From the NCBI GenBank assembly GCA_034519725.1, contig JAXHOC010000024.1:7410-71409 (forward strand): a DNA stretch of 64,000 nt, in the 5' to 3' direction. A program made the position numbers and the translations under genes. Shown piece after piece: positions 21,555-32,710 of this stretch. This stretch comes from Agrobacterium sp. (GTDB lineage: Bacteria; Pseudomonadota; Alphaproteobacteria; Rhizobiales; Rhizobiaceae). The notes beneath the pieces were generated by a model. The model was not told where the DNA came from. It ran no database searches and saw nothing but the letters and a program-made list of their open reading frames with translations. The stretch's first letter is position 1, and each line of letters begins with the position of its first letter.

Positions 21555-22211
21555 ATGATGCAAAAGGCAAACACATTCACCCGGACGGCTCTGTCCGCTC
21601 TCGTTCTTTCCCTGGGCGCGGTTTCCGCTCCAGCCATCTCGCAGGCACAGGATGCTGCTCCCGCCAACCAGGGTGCCGGCGCTCCGCCGCTTGGCTGGTT
21701 CAAGACCTGCTCCAAGCAGGAAGACAACGATGTCTGCGTCGTGCAGAACGTGGTTCTTGCCCAGAACGGCCAGATGATCACTGCCGTCGGCCTCATCACC
21801 GTCGAAGGCAAGGTCAACCGCAAGCTGCTGCAGGTTTCCGTTCCGACCGCGCGTCTCATTCCTCCTGGCGTGATGATGCAGATCGACGGCGGCAAGGGCC
21901 AGAAGCTCGATTACGCCGTTTGCCTTCCCGACAAGTGCACGGCCGAAGTTCCGCTGACGGACGCAATGATCGCGTCGCTGAAGAAGGGCAACGAGATCAT
22001 CTTCACCTCGATCAACTTCCGTCGCGCACCGAACCCCATCAAGATCGCGCTGACCGGCTTTACCGGTGCTTATGACGGCGCTGCCATCACCCAGTCGCAG
22101 CTCGCAGAAAGCCAGCGTACGCTTCAGGAAGGCATGCAGAAAAAGGCCGAAGAGGCCCGCAAAAAGCTGGAAGCCGCCCAGGACGCTGCCAAGAGCGCGC
22201 CGAAGCCCTGA
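21555..22211 (+). CDS. ialB: invasion-associated locus B family protein
   Basis: Signal peptide, GWFKTC..DVC, YAVCLPDKCTAE, LTGFTGAYDG. Confidence 0.85.
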   Translation: MMQKANTFTRTALSALVLSLGAVSAPAISQAQDAAPANQGAGAPPLGWFKTCSKQEDNDVCVVQNVVLAQNGQMITAVGLITVEGKVNRKLLQVSVPTARLIPPGVMMQIDGGKGQKLDYAVCLPDKCTAEVPLTDAMIASLKKGNEIIFTSINFRRAPNPIKIALTGFTGAYDGAAITQSQLAESQRTLQEGMQKKAEEARKKLEAAQDAAKSAPKP

Positions 22212-22228
22212 TCGCTTTACGAGACCAC

Positions 22229-22263
22229 GAAAAAACCGGCCTGTTCGCAGGCCGGTTTTTTTA
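22229..22263. terminator. bidirectional intrinsic terminator
   Basis: AAAAAACCGGCCTG-TTCG-CAGGCCGGTTTTTTT between convergent ialB and hspQ. Confidence 0.9.
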
Positions 22264-22342
22264 TGCGCGGTTTTGATGCCGAAGCATTGCAGTAAAGGCT
22301 CAAAGCGCGCTGGTGATCGCTGTTAGAGCGCGAATGCGCTTG

Positions 22343-22672
22343 CTAGTGCGCCAGCGACAGCTTCGGCCGCCATTCGCCGTTGGGCGCCTTGTCGAACATG
22401 CGCTCGATGTTGCGGTTCCGCAGCGGCGCATCGTTTTCGTCATGGACGAGGTTCTGTTCGGAAACGTAGGCGACATATTCCGTCTCGTCGTTTTCCGCGA
22501 GAAGATGGTAGAAGGGCTGGTCGCGCTCCGGGCGAATATCGGCGGGGATGGCGTTCCACCACTCTTCCGTATTGGCATATTCCGGATCCACGTCAATCAC
22601 CACACCGCGGAACGGAAACACCTTGTGGCGGACGATCTCGCCAAGCGTAAATTTTGCGTCTCTTTGTTTCAT
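22343..22672 (-). CDS. hspQ: heat shock protein HspQ (YccV)
   Basis: AKFTLGEIVRHKVFPFRGVVIDVDP, QPFYHLL, YVSEQNL. Confidence 0.92.
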   Translation of the reverse strand: MKQRDAKFTLGEIVRHKVFPFRGVVIDVDPEYANTEEWWNAIPADIRPERDQPFYHLLAENDETEYVAYVSEQNLVHDENDAPLRNRNIERMFDKAPNGEWRPKLSLAH

Positions 22673-22697
22673 GGTATGAACTTCCTTTCCCACTAAT

Positions 22698-22725
22698 AGT
22701 TGGGTGCGGCACGGGAAATATCAAG
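22698..22725 (-). promoter_or_regulatory. possible RpoH-type promoter of hspQ
   Basis: Minus strand CTTGAT-N16-CCAACT upstream of a heat-shock gene. Confidence 0.35.
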
Positions 22726-22780
22726 GGCTAGCGGTATACGGCCCTTTTTTCATGAAGCTGTTAGTTCTCCCCGGATGCTC

Positions 22781-23704
22781 TCAGGCGACCCAGCGGCCAA
22801 GCGGGGCGGTGGCGAGGATGACGCCGCCGGTGACCAGCACGATGCCGATGGCGTGATAGGTTTCAAAGGTTTCCCCGAGGAAAAGCGTGGCCATGAGGAT
22901 CGAGACGGGTGGCATCATATAAAGCGTGATGCCCGCCGTGGCGGGGCCGAAAACGCGGACCGTGTGGGTGAAGCAATAAAAGGCAAGCAGCGAGGCGAAC
23001 AGGATGATGCCGCCGATCTTGGCCCAGGCCATTGGCGTTGCCGGCATCAAGCCGCCATGCGCCAGCTCCAGTGCCGCCGGTGGCAACAGCACCAGCGCGC
23101 CGGAGAAGGCGATCAGGCCGAAAAGGCTGAACGAGGCCATCTGCCGCGCCGCCGGATCGCGCAGCAGCAGCGAATAGACCGCAAAGGCAATTGCCGCGAT
23201 CAGAATGGCGAAATCGCCGATGTTGAATTTCAATTGCCAGAGAGCGGCGATATCGCCCTTCAGCACAATTGCCGTTACGCCTGCAAAAGCGATGATCATA
23301 CCAGCCAATTCCAGCCTGCGGATCGGGCGGCCTTCAAAGATGCGCTGGAACAGGATGATGAACAGCGATGAGGTCGTGTAGATCAACGTGCCGTTGGCAG
23401 CCGTCGTCATGGTGAGGCCCCAATAGACCACGCCGCCGCAGACGCCCATGCCGAGAATGCCGAGAACGAGCCAGAGCAGCGTTTTTTCGCGCACGAAGGC
23501 GGCGCAGTTTCGCCAGTCGGCGATCATGAAGGGGGCGATGACGAGGCTCGATCCGATCCAGCGGATGAAAGCGGCAATGAAGGGCGAGACCTCGCCGATG
23601 ACGCCACGGCCAAAGATGATGTTGCTGGAGAAAAAGAACGGCACCGCCAGAAAGATGAGCCAGTCCGTGAGGCGCGTTTGCTGAGAGGCTGGCTTGATCG
23701 ACAT
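22781..23704 (-). CDS. DMT/EamA family transporter
   Basis: Duplicated EamA hydrophobic repeats, LFLGETF. Confidence 0.88.
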   Translation of the reverse strand: MSIKPASQQTRLTDWLIFLAVPFFFSSNIIFGRGVIGEVSPFIAAFIRWIGSSLVIAPFMIADWRNCAAFVREKTLLWLVLGILGMGVCGGVVYWGLTMTTAANGTLIYTTSSLFIILFQRIFEGRPIRRLELAGMIIAFAGVTAIVLKGDIAALWQLKFNIGDFAILIAAIAFAVYSLLLRDPAARQMASFSLFGLIAFSGALVLLPPAALELAHGGLMPATPMAWAKIGGIILFASLLAFYCFTHTVRVFGPATAGITLYMMPPVSILMATLFLGETFETYHAIGIVLVTGGVILATAPLGRWVA

Positions 23705-23804
23705 GGTCCGCGATGTGGCTGGCTTCAAAAGAAAACGGCGGCTTTCCAAGGGAAAACCGCCGGAATGGATAGGGAGCGCTCCATGGGAGCGCTCCGAATG
23801 CCGA

Positions 23805-25214
23805 TCAGGCCGAGTAGTACATGTCGAATTCGACCGGATGCGGGGTCATTTCGAAACGCATGACTTCGACCATCTTCAGTTCGATGTAGCTGTCGATCTG
23901 GTCGTCGTCGAACACGCCGCCGGCGGTCAGGAACTTGCGATCCTTGTCGAGGCTTTCCAGCGCTTCGCGCAGCGAGCCGCAGACGGTCGGGATCTTTTTC
24001 AGTTCCTTGGCAGGAAGGTCGTAAAGGTCCTTGTCCATCGGCTTGCCGGGGTGGATCTTGTTCTTGATGCCGTCGAGGCCGGCCATCAGCATGGCTGCAA
24101 AACCGAGATAGGGGTTCTGGGTCGGGTCCGGGAAGCGGACTTCGACGCGCTTTGCCTTCGGGTTGGAGCCGAAGGGAATGCGGCACGATGCCGAACGGTT
24201 GCGGGCCGAATAGGCCAGCAGCACCGGCGCTTCATAACCCGGCACCAGACGCTTGTAGGAGTTGGTGGTGGGGTTGGTGAAAGCGTTGATGGCCTTGGCA
24301 TGCTTGATGATGCCGCCGATGTAATACAGGCAGTTTTCAGACAGGCCGGCATATTCATCGCCAGCGAAGGTCGGCTTGCCGCCCTTCCAGATCGACTGGT
24401 GCACGTGCATGCCCGAGCCGTTGTCGCCGAAGATCGGCTTCGGCATGAAGGTTGCCGTCTTGCCATAGGCATTGGCGACCTGGTGCACGACGTACTTGTA
24501 GATCTGCATCTTGTCGGCGCTGGACACCATCGTATCGAACTTCACGCCCAGCTCGTGCTGTGCGGAGGCGACCTCGTGGTGATGCTTTTCGACGACGACG
24601 CCCATTTCGGCCAGAACCGTCAGCATTTCGGAGCGCATGTCCTGCAGGCTGTCGATCGGCGGAACCGGGAAATAACCGCCCTTGACGCGCGGACGGTGGC
24701 CGAGGTTGCCGGTTTCATAGTCGGTGTCGTCGTTGGACGGCAGTTCGGAACTGTCAAGCTTGAAGCCGGTATTGTAGGGGTCTGCCTTGTACTTCACGTC
24801 GTCGAAGACGAAGAACTCCGGCTCTGGGCCGACGAAGATGGTGTCGCCGATACCGGAGGCCTTGAGGTAGGCTTCGGCCTTCTTGGCGGTGCCGCGCGGG
24901 TCGCGGTTATAGGCTTCGCCGGAAACCGGGTCGAGAATGTCGCAAAGGATGACGAGGGTAGACTGGGCGAAGAACGGATCGGTATGGGCGGTTGCCGGAT
25001 CGGGCATCAGCACCATGTCGGACTCGTTGATGGCCTTCCAGCCGGCGATCGAGGAGCCGTCGAACATGACGCCATCGGCGAACATGTCTTCGTCTACGCA
25101 GACAACGTCCATGGTGACATGCTGCAGCTTGCCCTTGGGGTCGGTAAAGCGCAGGTCCACGAACTTGATGTCGTTATCCTTGATCTGCTTCAAGATATCG
25201 TTTGCGGTCGTCAT
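23805..25214 (-). CDS. glnA: glutamine synthetase type I
   Basis: [27 protein letters not shown], adenylylation site DKDLYDL. Confidence 0.98.
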   Translation of the reverse strand: MTTANDILKQIKDNDIKFVDLRFTDPKGKLQHVTMDVVCVDEDMFADGVMFDGSSIAGWKAINESDMVLMPDPATAHTDPFFAQSTLVILCDILDPVSGEAYNRDPRGTAKKAEAYLKASGIGDTIFVGPEPEFFVFDDVKYKADPYNTGFKLDSSELPSNDDTDYETGNLGHRPRVKGGYFPVPPIDSLQDMRSEMLTVLAEMGVVVEKHHHEVASAQHELGVKFDTMVSSADKMQIYKYVVHQVANAYGKTATFMPKPIFGDNGSGMHVHQSIWKGGKPTFAGDEYAGLSENCLYYIGGIIKHAKAINAFTNPTTNSYKRLVPGYEAPVLLAYSARNRSASCRIPFGSNPKAKRVEVRFPDPTQNPYLGFAAMLMAGLDGIKNKIHPGKPMDKDLYDLPAKELKKIPTVCGSLREALESLDKDRKFLTAGGVFDDDQIDSYIELKMVEVMRFEMTPHPVEFDMYYSA

Positions 25215-25288
25215 TTAAACGTCTTCCTTGAGTGTGGTGGTGACGAGGTGAAAAACCTGAGCCTCCCTGGCTCAGGACCTGGTTCCGA

Positions 25289-25663
<375 letters not shown>

Positions 25664-25686
25664 TTATTCCCGCTCTGCCACAAGAA

Positions 25687-25702
25687 TGCACGTATTGTGC
25701 CA
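25687..25702 (-). promoter_or_regulatory. sigma-54 (-24/-12) promoter of glnB-glnA
   Basis: Minus strand TGGCACAATACGTGCA (GG-N10-GC). Confidence 0.8.
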
Positions 25703-25985
25703 GATCGGAAGCGGGCTTGAAGAAAAAACTTCGCTTGCCCGGCTTTCTGACACAAAATGCATTCGCTTTTGATGATTTTCCAGCCAATTTCTCGCGGAAA
25801 CCCGAAAAATCAGTCATCAATTCTGTCTGTTTTCGTTATTTTAGTTATGTTGAATGTTTGTAGGAGCGCAGGCGGCGCTTTGTTGATTTGGTTATATTTT
25901 GTGCATTTGATTATTATTTCGCCGCAGCGATTTGCTTATTTTTGTATCGATTGCCTTTCCGGCGTTTTGAAGGGATGATCGCGCC

Positions 25986-27460
25986 ATGAAATCCCTGTTG
26001 CATCTCCTTCTGATCGACCCGGCCGGCATGGCCCACATCGATGCGGCTGCCGGCCAATCCGGCATTCCCCTCTACGATCTGATGGAGCGGGCCGGGCAGG
26101 CGGTCGCGGCTTCGGCCCTTCGGCACTATCCGGACGCGCGGCGGTTCGTCGTGCTCTGCGGCGGCGGCAACAATGGTGGCGATGGTTACGTCGCGGCACG
26201 CTCGCTTGTGCAAAGCGGGGCGGCGGTCGCGGTTCATCACCTCGGCGATCTGACGGCGCTGAAAGGCGACGCGCTGATGGCTTTCGAGCGCAGTCAGGTC
26301 ACGCCCCTGCCGCTTGGCGACTACGTGCCCATGGCCGGTGACGTGGTGATCGACGCTGTTTTCGGTGCCGGATTGGCCCGCGATATCCCCGTCGAACTTC
26401 GCCTGACAATCGATGCGGTAACACAGGCTAGCGTGCCGGTTCTCGCCGTCGATCTGCCGTCTGGTCTCTGCGGCAGGCGGGGCGTGGCTCTCGGCGCTTC
26501 GTTCAGGGCGGCGCGGACCGTAACCTTCATGATGCGAAAACCCGGCCATCTGTTGATGCCGGGGCGGGAATTGTGCGGGGCGCTGGAGGTGTTCGATATC
26601 GGCATCCCCACCCGCATTCTCGCCGCTCATGCGGGGTCGGTTGCCGAAAACGGTCCCCTGGTCTGGCGCGAAGCCTTGCCCCGTGCCGAGATTGAAACAC
26701 ATAAATTCCGCCGCGGGCACCTGACCGTTTTTTCTGGCCCGCCACAGGCGACCGGAGCAAGCCGCATGACGGCGCTTTCGGCGCTGAAGGCGGGGCGGGC
26801 ATCGTCACCATCGCCGCGCCGAAGCAGGCGCTTGATGTGCTTGCGGTGACGCTGACGGCGGTGATGAGTGCTGGCCTCGACAATACCGACGATCTGCGAG
26901 GCTGGCTGCACGACAAGCGCCATGGAACATTCGTTCTCGGGCCGGGGTTTGGCGATCTCGAAAAGGCGCGGCAATTCGTGTCCCTGCTCGGAGACAAGGC
27001 GGTCGTGCTCGATGCCGATGCGATCACCGCTTTCAAGGATTGCCCGCAAACCCTGTTCGACCTGATGATTTCAGGCGCGGGGAAATTCGTGCTGACCCCG
27101 CATGAGGGCGAGTTTGCGCGGCTGTTTCCCGATCTCGCCATGGATGCGGCACTCAGCAAGATCGAGAAGGCGCAGACCGCATCGGCCCGCAGCGGCTCGG
27201 TGCTGGTCTACAAGGGTGCGGACACGGTCATCGCCGCGCCGGATGGCCGGGCGCTGGTCAACACCAATGCGCCGTCGAGCCTTGCAACGGCGGGGTCAGG
27301 CGATGTGCTTGCCGGCATCATCGGCGCACTGTTGGCGCAGGGAGCCCCCGCCTTCGAGGCCGCCGCTGCCGGGGTCTGGCTGCATGGCGAGGCGGGTAAG
27401 AGGGCAGGTGCCGGCATGACGGCGGAGGATCTGTCGCACGCGGTGCGGCCGTTTGCGTGA
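25986..27460 (+). CDS. nnr: NAD(P)HX epimerase/dehydratase (YjeF), frameshifted at ~26795
   Basis: LMERAG, GGGNNGGDG, VDLPSG, HKFRRG; continues in the next frame with LTPHEGEFARL, LATAGSGDVLAG. Confidence 0.92.
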
Positions 27461-27479
27461 ATTTGAGGTGGTAGTCCAC

Positions 27480-27595
27480 TCCGTCGCCCCGGAGTCGATC
27501 TGGGGGCAGCGCGATCAAGTCTTTGATCGCAGGATGGTCCTTCCACGACGCAGACACGCCGTGGCTGGATGCCGGATCAGGTCCGGCATGACGGA
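27480..27595. repeat. ~115-bp composite palindromic element (CCGG subtype)
   Basis: CCGTCGCCCCGG...GCGATCAAGTCTTTGATCGC...CAGACACGCC...TGGATGCCGGATCAGGTCCGGCATGACGGA. Confidence 0.85.
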
Positions 27596-27653
27596 GGACA
27601 GGTTTTATCCATTGATGCCTGCCGTCGCACCTGAGACGTTTAAAGCTGCGCCT

Positions 27654-28691
27654 TCAGTGCGCAGCTTTGCCCTGGCTTGCCGTCACCATTCGCGAGGCGC
27701 TCATCAGAAGCTTGCGTTCGGCCCGTTCCTGCTGCGGGGTGCGGTTGTAGACCTCCCGGTAGCATTTCGAAAAATGCGAAGCGGACACAAAACCGCAGGC
27801 AACCGCGACCTCGACAACGGGCATGGCGGATTGGATGAGGAGATGCCGCGCGCGGTCGAGGCGGATTTCCAGATAATAGCGGGCGGGCGAGCGGCCCATT
27901 TCCTGCCGGAAGAGGCGCTCCACCTGCCGGCGCGACAGATCGGCGGCGTCGGCGATATCGAGCAGCGACAGCGGTTCGGACAGGTTGCCTTCCATCAATT
28001 CGATGATCGACAGGACCTTGTTGTTCTGCACGCCGAGGCGGGCGCGCAGCGGCAGGCGCTGGCGGTCCTGCGGGCTGCGGACGCGGTCGGTCAATTGCTG
28101 CTCGCAGACGCGGTTGACGAGGGTCTCGCCGAAATCGCGGCCGATCATGCCCAGCATCATGTCGAGCGACGCCGTGCCGCCGGCACAGGTGTAGATGTTG
28201 CTGTCGACTTCGAAGAGATCGGCATAGACATCCACCTGCGGGAAAGCTTCTGCGAAACTCGGCAGATTTTCCCAGTGAATGGCGCATCTCTTGCCGTTCA
28301 GCAGGCCGGCCTGCGCAAGAATATGGGTGGCGGTACAGAGGCTGCCGATGGCGATGCCGCGATTATAGGCTTCGCGCAGCCAGGCATTGACGGATTTGTT
28401 GCCGTATTGTTCGACGTTCAAGCCGGAACAGATGATCGCCATCTCGGGCCGGTGTTCGCCGGTGACGTGGCGTCTTTCATCGGCAAGACAGGTGTCCGCC
28501 TCAAGACAGATGCCGCTGGACGACATGACCTTGCCGCCATCCAGAGAGGACAATCGCCATTTGTAGGCTTCGAAACCCAGCATCTGGTTTGCAAGGCGCA
28601 GCGTCTCGACGGCGCCGGTGAATGGCAACATCGTAAATTGCGGAATGAGAAAAAAGACGATCGAGCGTTTCTTGTGGGAGTCCTTGCTCAT
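27654..28691 (-). CDS. GlxA/GbdR-type AraC regulator with DJ-1/PfpI-like sensor domain
   Basis: GSLCTA, AIHWEN, TCAGG, LSRRQVERLF, CGFVSASHFSKCY. Confidence 0.92.
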   Translation of the reverse strand: MSKDSHKKRSIVFFLIPQFTMLPFTGAVETLRLANQMLGFEAYKWRLSSLDGGKVMSSSGICLEADTCLADERRHVTGEHRPEMAIICSGLNVEQYGNKSVNAWLREAYNRGIAIGSLCTATHILAQAGLLNGKRCAIHWENLPSFAEAFPQVDVYADLFEVDSNIYTCAGGTASLDMMLGMIGRDFGETLVNRVCEQQLTDRVRSPQDRQRLPLRARLGVQNNKVLSIIELMEGNLSEPLSLLDIADAADLSRRQVERLFRQEMGRSPARYYLEIRLDRARHLLIQSAMPVVEVAVACGFVSASHFSKCYREVYNRTPQQERAERKLLMSASRMVTASQGKAAH

Positions 28692-28964
28692 GTGTCAATG
28701 CTCCGTTGCCAATACGCAATTCCTCTCTTGGAATTGGTATTCTGGATGTCCTGTATACGACATCTTTCGCGAAAAATACGCCGCGGAATCGGAGCTGTCA
28801 AAAAATAGCTTTTGAAATATGCAAAATTTACTGTGAGCCTTTTTAAAAGGTGCGGTGTCGCATCGTAAAACAGGCAGGTCATTTTACGCCTCTGCCGGGG
28901 CCATCAGGGATGGGCGGGCATGGCTCGCAAGTCTCAAGACGGCTGCGAGCCATGGGGTTGCGCA

Positions 28965-29183
28965 TCATTTGCGGATCACGCGCGGGAGGTCGCTGTCGCT
29001 TGCCGGCCATCCGATATCCTTCAGTGTTTCAGGCGGCAAAGCTTCCAGCGCGCGCAGCATTCTTGCGCGGTGCCATGATGCATGGAGAGCGGAAATCTGG
29101 CCCGACAGGCGCTGGAACCAGCCGTCGGTTGCGGGACGGTGCGAAGAACGGTTCGCTGCGGGGTGATAATGTATCATGGCCAT
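28965..29183 (-). CDS. DUF1127 (YjiS-like) small protein
   Basis: WHRARMLRALEALPPETLKDIG signature; divergent from a LysR gene. Confidence 0.85.
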   Translation of the reverse strand: MAMIHYHPAANRSSHRPATDGWFQRLSGQISALHASWHRARMLRALEALPPETLKDIGWPASDSDLPRVIRK

Positions 29184-29468
29184 GTCTTGATCCTTTCGTG
29201 AACCACGATCCTGTTTGCGACTTCGGTATGCGCTGACATATCCGATCAAACAAGAGAATGAATTTTATGTCATTCATCAATTTTAGGAATGACTTGTATG
29301 CGCCGCCTGCCGGGATTTTCTGACTGTCCCTTTGACGGTCCAGCGCTTCATTCCGACGCGGCGTTTCGTTGCTTTGTCATTCGATGTCGCTGATGGTGCG
29401 CCCGTGTTGACATTCAATCAAACGAAATGATATCCATCTATAAATCAAAATATTTGAAGGTGCGTGCC

Positions 29469-30365
29469 ATGACCGTGACTTTCCGCCAACCGCTGCCGCT
29501 GCTGGATAATGACATCCTGAGGACCTTCGTCGCGATTGCCGAGACCGGGAACTTCTCCACTGCCGCAGAAGTGGTGTTCAGAACGCCGTCCGCCGTTTCG
29601 ATGCAGATCAAGAAGCTGGAGGAGCAACTGAAGACGACGTTGTTCCTGCGCGACGCCCGCTCGGTGACGTTGACGGCGCATGGCGAGACGCTTCTGACCT
29701 ATGCGCGCCGCATGATTGCGCTGTCCAACGAGGCGGTGTCGCGTTTCGTCATGCCGGAACTGTCCGGCATCGTCAGGCTCGGTGCGCCGGAAGATATTGG
29801 CGAGCGCGGTTTGCTGCCGGGCATTCTCAAGCGTTTTGCCGAGGTGTTCCCCGGCATCATGATCGATGTCACCATCGATTCCAGTTCCAATCTCTACAAG
29901 CGCATGGACGAACGGCGGCTGGATCTGGCGCTGGTCAACTGTGCGTCGCATCCGCTCCGGGATACCGGCGAGGTGCTGATGCGCGAACGGCTCGTCTGGG
30001 CGGGTGCCAAATGCGGCACGGCCTATCTGCGCGATCCGCTGCCGATATCGATTTGGGAAGAGGGCTGCATCTGGCGCTCGGAAGCGATCAATTCGCTTGA
30101 AAAGCGCGGGCGCAATTTCCGGGTGGCCTATCTCAGTGGCCATACCATGGCGCAGCGTGCGGCGATTGCCGCCGATCTCGCCATTGCGCCTCTGCCGCGC
30201 TCCTATGTGCAGAACGACATGGTCATTCTCAGCGACAAGGAAGGCCTGCCGGAACTCGGCTGTTTCGATATTCGCCTGATCACGTCCGAAAAACCCTCGC
30301 GCCCGATCCTTGCGGTCGCGGAAAGCATCCGCAACGCCTTTGTCGAGGTCGCCAAAGCCGCGTGA
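29469..30365 (+). CDS. LysR-family regulator (LrhA/PecT-like)
   Basis: LRTFVAIAETGNFSTAAEVVFRTPSAVSMQIKKLEE. Confidence 0.93.
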   Translation: MTVTFRQPLPLLDNDILRTFVAIAETGNFSTAAEVVFRTPSAVSMQIKKLEEQLKTTLFLRDARSVTLTAHGETLLTYARRMIALSNEAVSRFVMPELSGIVRLGAPEDIGERGLLPGILKRFAEVFPGIMIDVTIDSSSNLYKRMDERRLDLALVNCASHPLRDTGEVLMRERLVWAGAKCGTAYLRDPLPISIWEEGCIWRSEAINSLEKRGRNFRVAYLSGHTMAQRAAIAADLAIAPLPRSYVQNDMVILSDKEGLPELGCFDIRLITSEKPSRPILAVAESIRNAFVEVAKAA

Positions 30366-30432
30366 GGCATCGTCTGATCACGGTAAAACGCGACGGCAGG
30401 TGTCCGTCGCGTCCTAGGCAAAGTTGGGCGGC

Positions 30433-31353
30433 TTAGACCGCGACAGTGTCCCGCGTTGCCGAACGGTCCGCATCGCCGGATTGCCAGCTTCCACGACCGA
30501 CCAGCCATTCCGACGAATTCTGCAATCCGCCAAACGGGAAAACGTGGATTTGCTGGATCGGCCCGGCCGGATTTTCCTGCCAGTGCCGTTCGATAGGGCC
30601 GACAATGCTTTCGGGTGAATGGCCCTTGGCCAGCGTCGTCAGCGAAAGCGCGTTCTTTTTCAGATAGGCGATGGAATTGCCGACGCCGCAGAGTGCTGCA
30701 TATTTCAGCAGCGTCGTTATCCTGGCCGGGCCGGAAACGCCGATATGCACCGGCAGGTCGATGCCGGAGGCGGCAAGGCCTTCCGCCCAGGCAATGAAGC
30801 GTGCGGGGTCGAAACCGAACTGGGTGACGATGCGCATGGAAGCATCGCTTCTTTCGGCAAAATCGAGCTTCAACCGCAAGGCGGCCATTGCCGTCTCTTC
30901 ACTGAAATCGGGGCTGCCTTCGGGGTGGCCGGCGATGGCGATCTGATTGATGCCGCAGCGATCGAAGATGCCGGTCGATAGCATATCCATGCTGGATGCG
31001 AAGGGACCAGCCGGCCTGGCAACACCACCGCCGACGACCAGCACATCCGAGACACCGGCTTCGCCTGCCAGCCGCTTCACCTGCTCCTCAAATTCCACGC
31101 CGGACGACATGCGCCGTGCCGCAAGATGCGGCACCGGCGTGTAGCCGAGATCGCGAAGATGTTTCGCGGCATCGACCAGCCTGTCCTGCGAGGCCTGTCC
31201 GGTGTCGGTCAGATAAACGCGCACGCCCTGCGGAAACAGGCCGGCAAGACTTGCCGGGCCGAGCACCTGTGCGGGCGAGGCTTCGATGGAGGCGGCAATG
31301 GCGGGGGAGTCAGCGATATCGTGCAATTTGAATTTTGTCCTTTTGGCCATCAT
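30433..31353 (-). CDS. methylenetetrahydrofolate reductase-like protein
   Basis: PVPHLAAR, AGHPEG, VTQFGFD, HVFPFGG. Confidence 0.8.
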   Translation of the reverse strand: MMAKRTKFKLHDIADSPAIAASIEASPAQVLGPASLAGLFPQGVRVYLTDTGQASQDRLVDAAKHLRDLGYTPVPHLAARRMSSGVEFEEQVKRLAGEAGVSDVLVVGGGVARPAGPFASSMDMLSTGIFDRCGINQIAIAGHPEGSPDFSEETAMAALRLKLDFAERSDASMRIVTQFGFDPARFIAWAEGLAASGIDLPVHIGVSGPARITTLLKYAALCGVGNSIAYLKKNALSLTTLAKGHSPESIVGPIERHWQENPAGPIQQIHVFPFGGLQNSSEWLVGRGSWQSGDADRSATRDTVAV

Positions 31354-31458
31354 GCACCGGTTTTTTGCCCACGTCTTTGCCTGTTGCGGCAAGACAGCCC
31401 TGCATCTGCGACGAAGCTGGGTTTCATACCGTTGGCTGGCGGGATTGGCCGGTTTCTC

Positions 31459-32244
31459 TCACCAGACCCGTTTGGTGAGGCCGTTCCACAGCCAAGTCCA
31501 GATGGGCGGTGGAAACCGCAGCACCGATTTTCCGGGCAAGGGCGGCTGCGGCGCAAGGCTGCCGGAAAGCGCGTCCTCGATGGCGCCGGCCGCAATATCG
31601 ACCGAGGCGGCGGTCAGAAGCAGCGGGTAGGTGGCAATCGTGTCGGAAGGCGAGGGCTTCAGCCGCTTTTCGTAAAGAGTGGCGCCGGTATCCACGCCCT
31701 TGTCGACCAGATGCACGGTTGCGCCGAAATTGCCGCGATCGTTTTCCACCAGCGCCCAATAACCGCCCATCTGGCCGCGATAGGCGGGATTGATGCCGGC
31801 GTGGAAATTGATGACCGGGCAGCGCAGGGCCTGAAGCGTTGCCGGTGTCAGAAGGCGGCAGGAAATGGTGAAGATCGCCGCCGGTTGCAGGGCGTTGACG
31901 GCCTTGTGGCACTCCTCATCGTTGAGCGAAGCAACGTGCGTAACCGGAATGGTATCGCCGAGATCGGCAGAGAGGCCATGTTCGGCAATGATCTCGTTGG
32001 TTCTTCGAACCGTGAAGCGTTTGCCGAGCCGCGAGGCGATCATCGTTGCCATCTGGCCTGCGGCCATAATCCAGCCGAGCCGCCGTGCCCGTCTTTTCAG
32101 AATGGCCGATTTGCTTTCCGGCTGCTCCACGAAGACATGGATATTCGCAAACCGGGCGGCCAGCGCATTGATCATGACATTGGGGTTCAGCCCGCCCGCC
32201 GTCATCACCACCAGCCGATTGTTTATCTCAGTCATCTCACCCAC
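31459..32244 (-). CDS. formyltransferase-domain protein
   Basis: INFHAGINPAYRG, GATVHLVDKGVDTG. Confidence 0.85.
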   Translation of the reverse strand: MGEMTEINNRLVVMTAGGLNPNVMINALAARFANIHVFVEQPESKSAILKRRARRLGWIMAAGQMATMIASRLGKRFTVRRTNEIIAEHGLSADLGDTIPVTHVASLNDEECHKAVNALQPAAIFTISCRLLTPATLQALRCPVINFHAGINPAYRGQMGGYWALVENDRGNFGATVHLVDKGVDTGATLYEKRLKPSPSDTIATYPLLLTAASVDIAAGAIEDALSGSLAPQPPLPGKSVLRFPPPIWTWLWNGLTKRVW

Positions 32245-32339
32245 ACGATTTTCCCGATCCTGATGCCTGCGCCCGAGTGTCCCTCGCGAACTTCAAAACC
32301 ATGTTAATTTTCACCGACGGGATTTTTTGAAATGCCGGT

Positions 32340-32364
32340 GGAACCGATTTCCATTGCTCACGTT
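32340..32364 (+). promoter_or_regulatory. general-stress ECF (EcfG/RpoE2) promoter
   Basis: GGAAC-N16-CGTT upstream of the entericidin gene. Confidence 0.75.
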
Positions 32365-32427
32365 ATTGTGACGCATATCACATTGGCGCTTGCCTTTGGA
32401 CGGCAAGTCATAGGGGAGTTGTTTCAA

Positions 32428-32589
32428 ATGATCACACGTATTCTTTCGACCGTTTTCGTGGCTTTGCTGACCGTGGTGACCTTGAGTTCCTGCGGTAATA
32501 CCATTCGCGGCGTTGGCCGGGATACGGCGAATGCGGTTGACGCAACGCAGGACGCAGGTCGCAACGTAGACCGCGCCGCGCGTCGCTAA
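32428..32589 (+). CDS. entericidin EcnA/B family lipoprotein
   Basis: Lipobox LSSC followed by GNTIRGVGRD; RBS GGGGAG; terminator 32610-32646. Confidence 0.88.
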   Translation: MITRILSTVFVALLTVVTLSSCGNTIRGVGRDTANAVDATQDAGRNVDRAARR

Positions 32590-32710
32590 ATCTCTCCCCT
32601 CCAAGGTCTGGCGTCGCCCCTGATTAAGGGGTGACGCCTTTTCTTTGACCTGATTTCACCGTCACAGTTGATGCTGTAAGAATCGCGCCGTCTTATGCGG
32701 GCGAGAGGGC

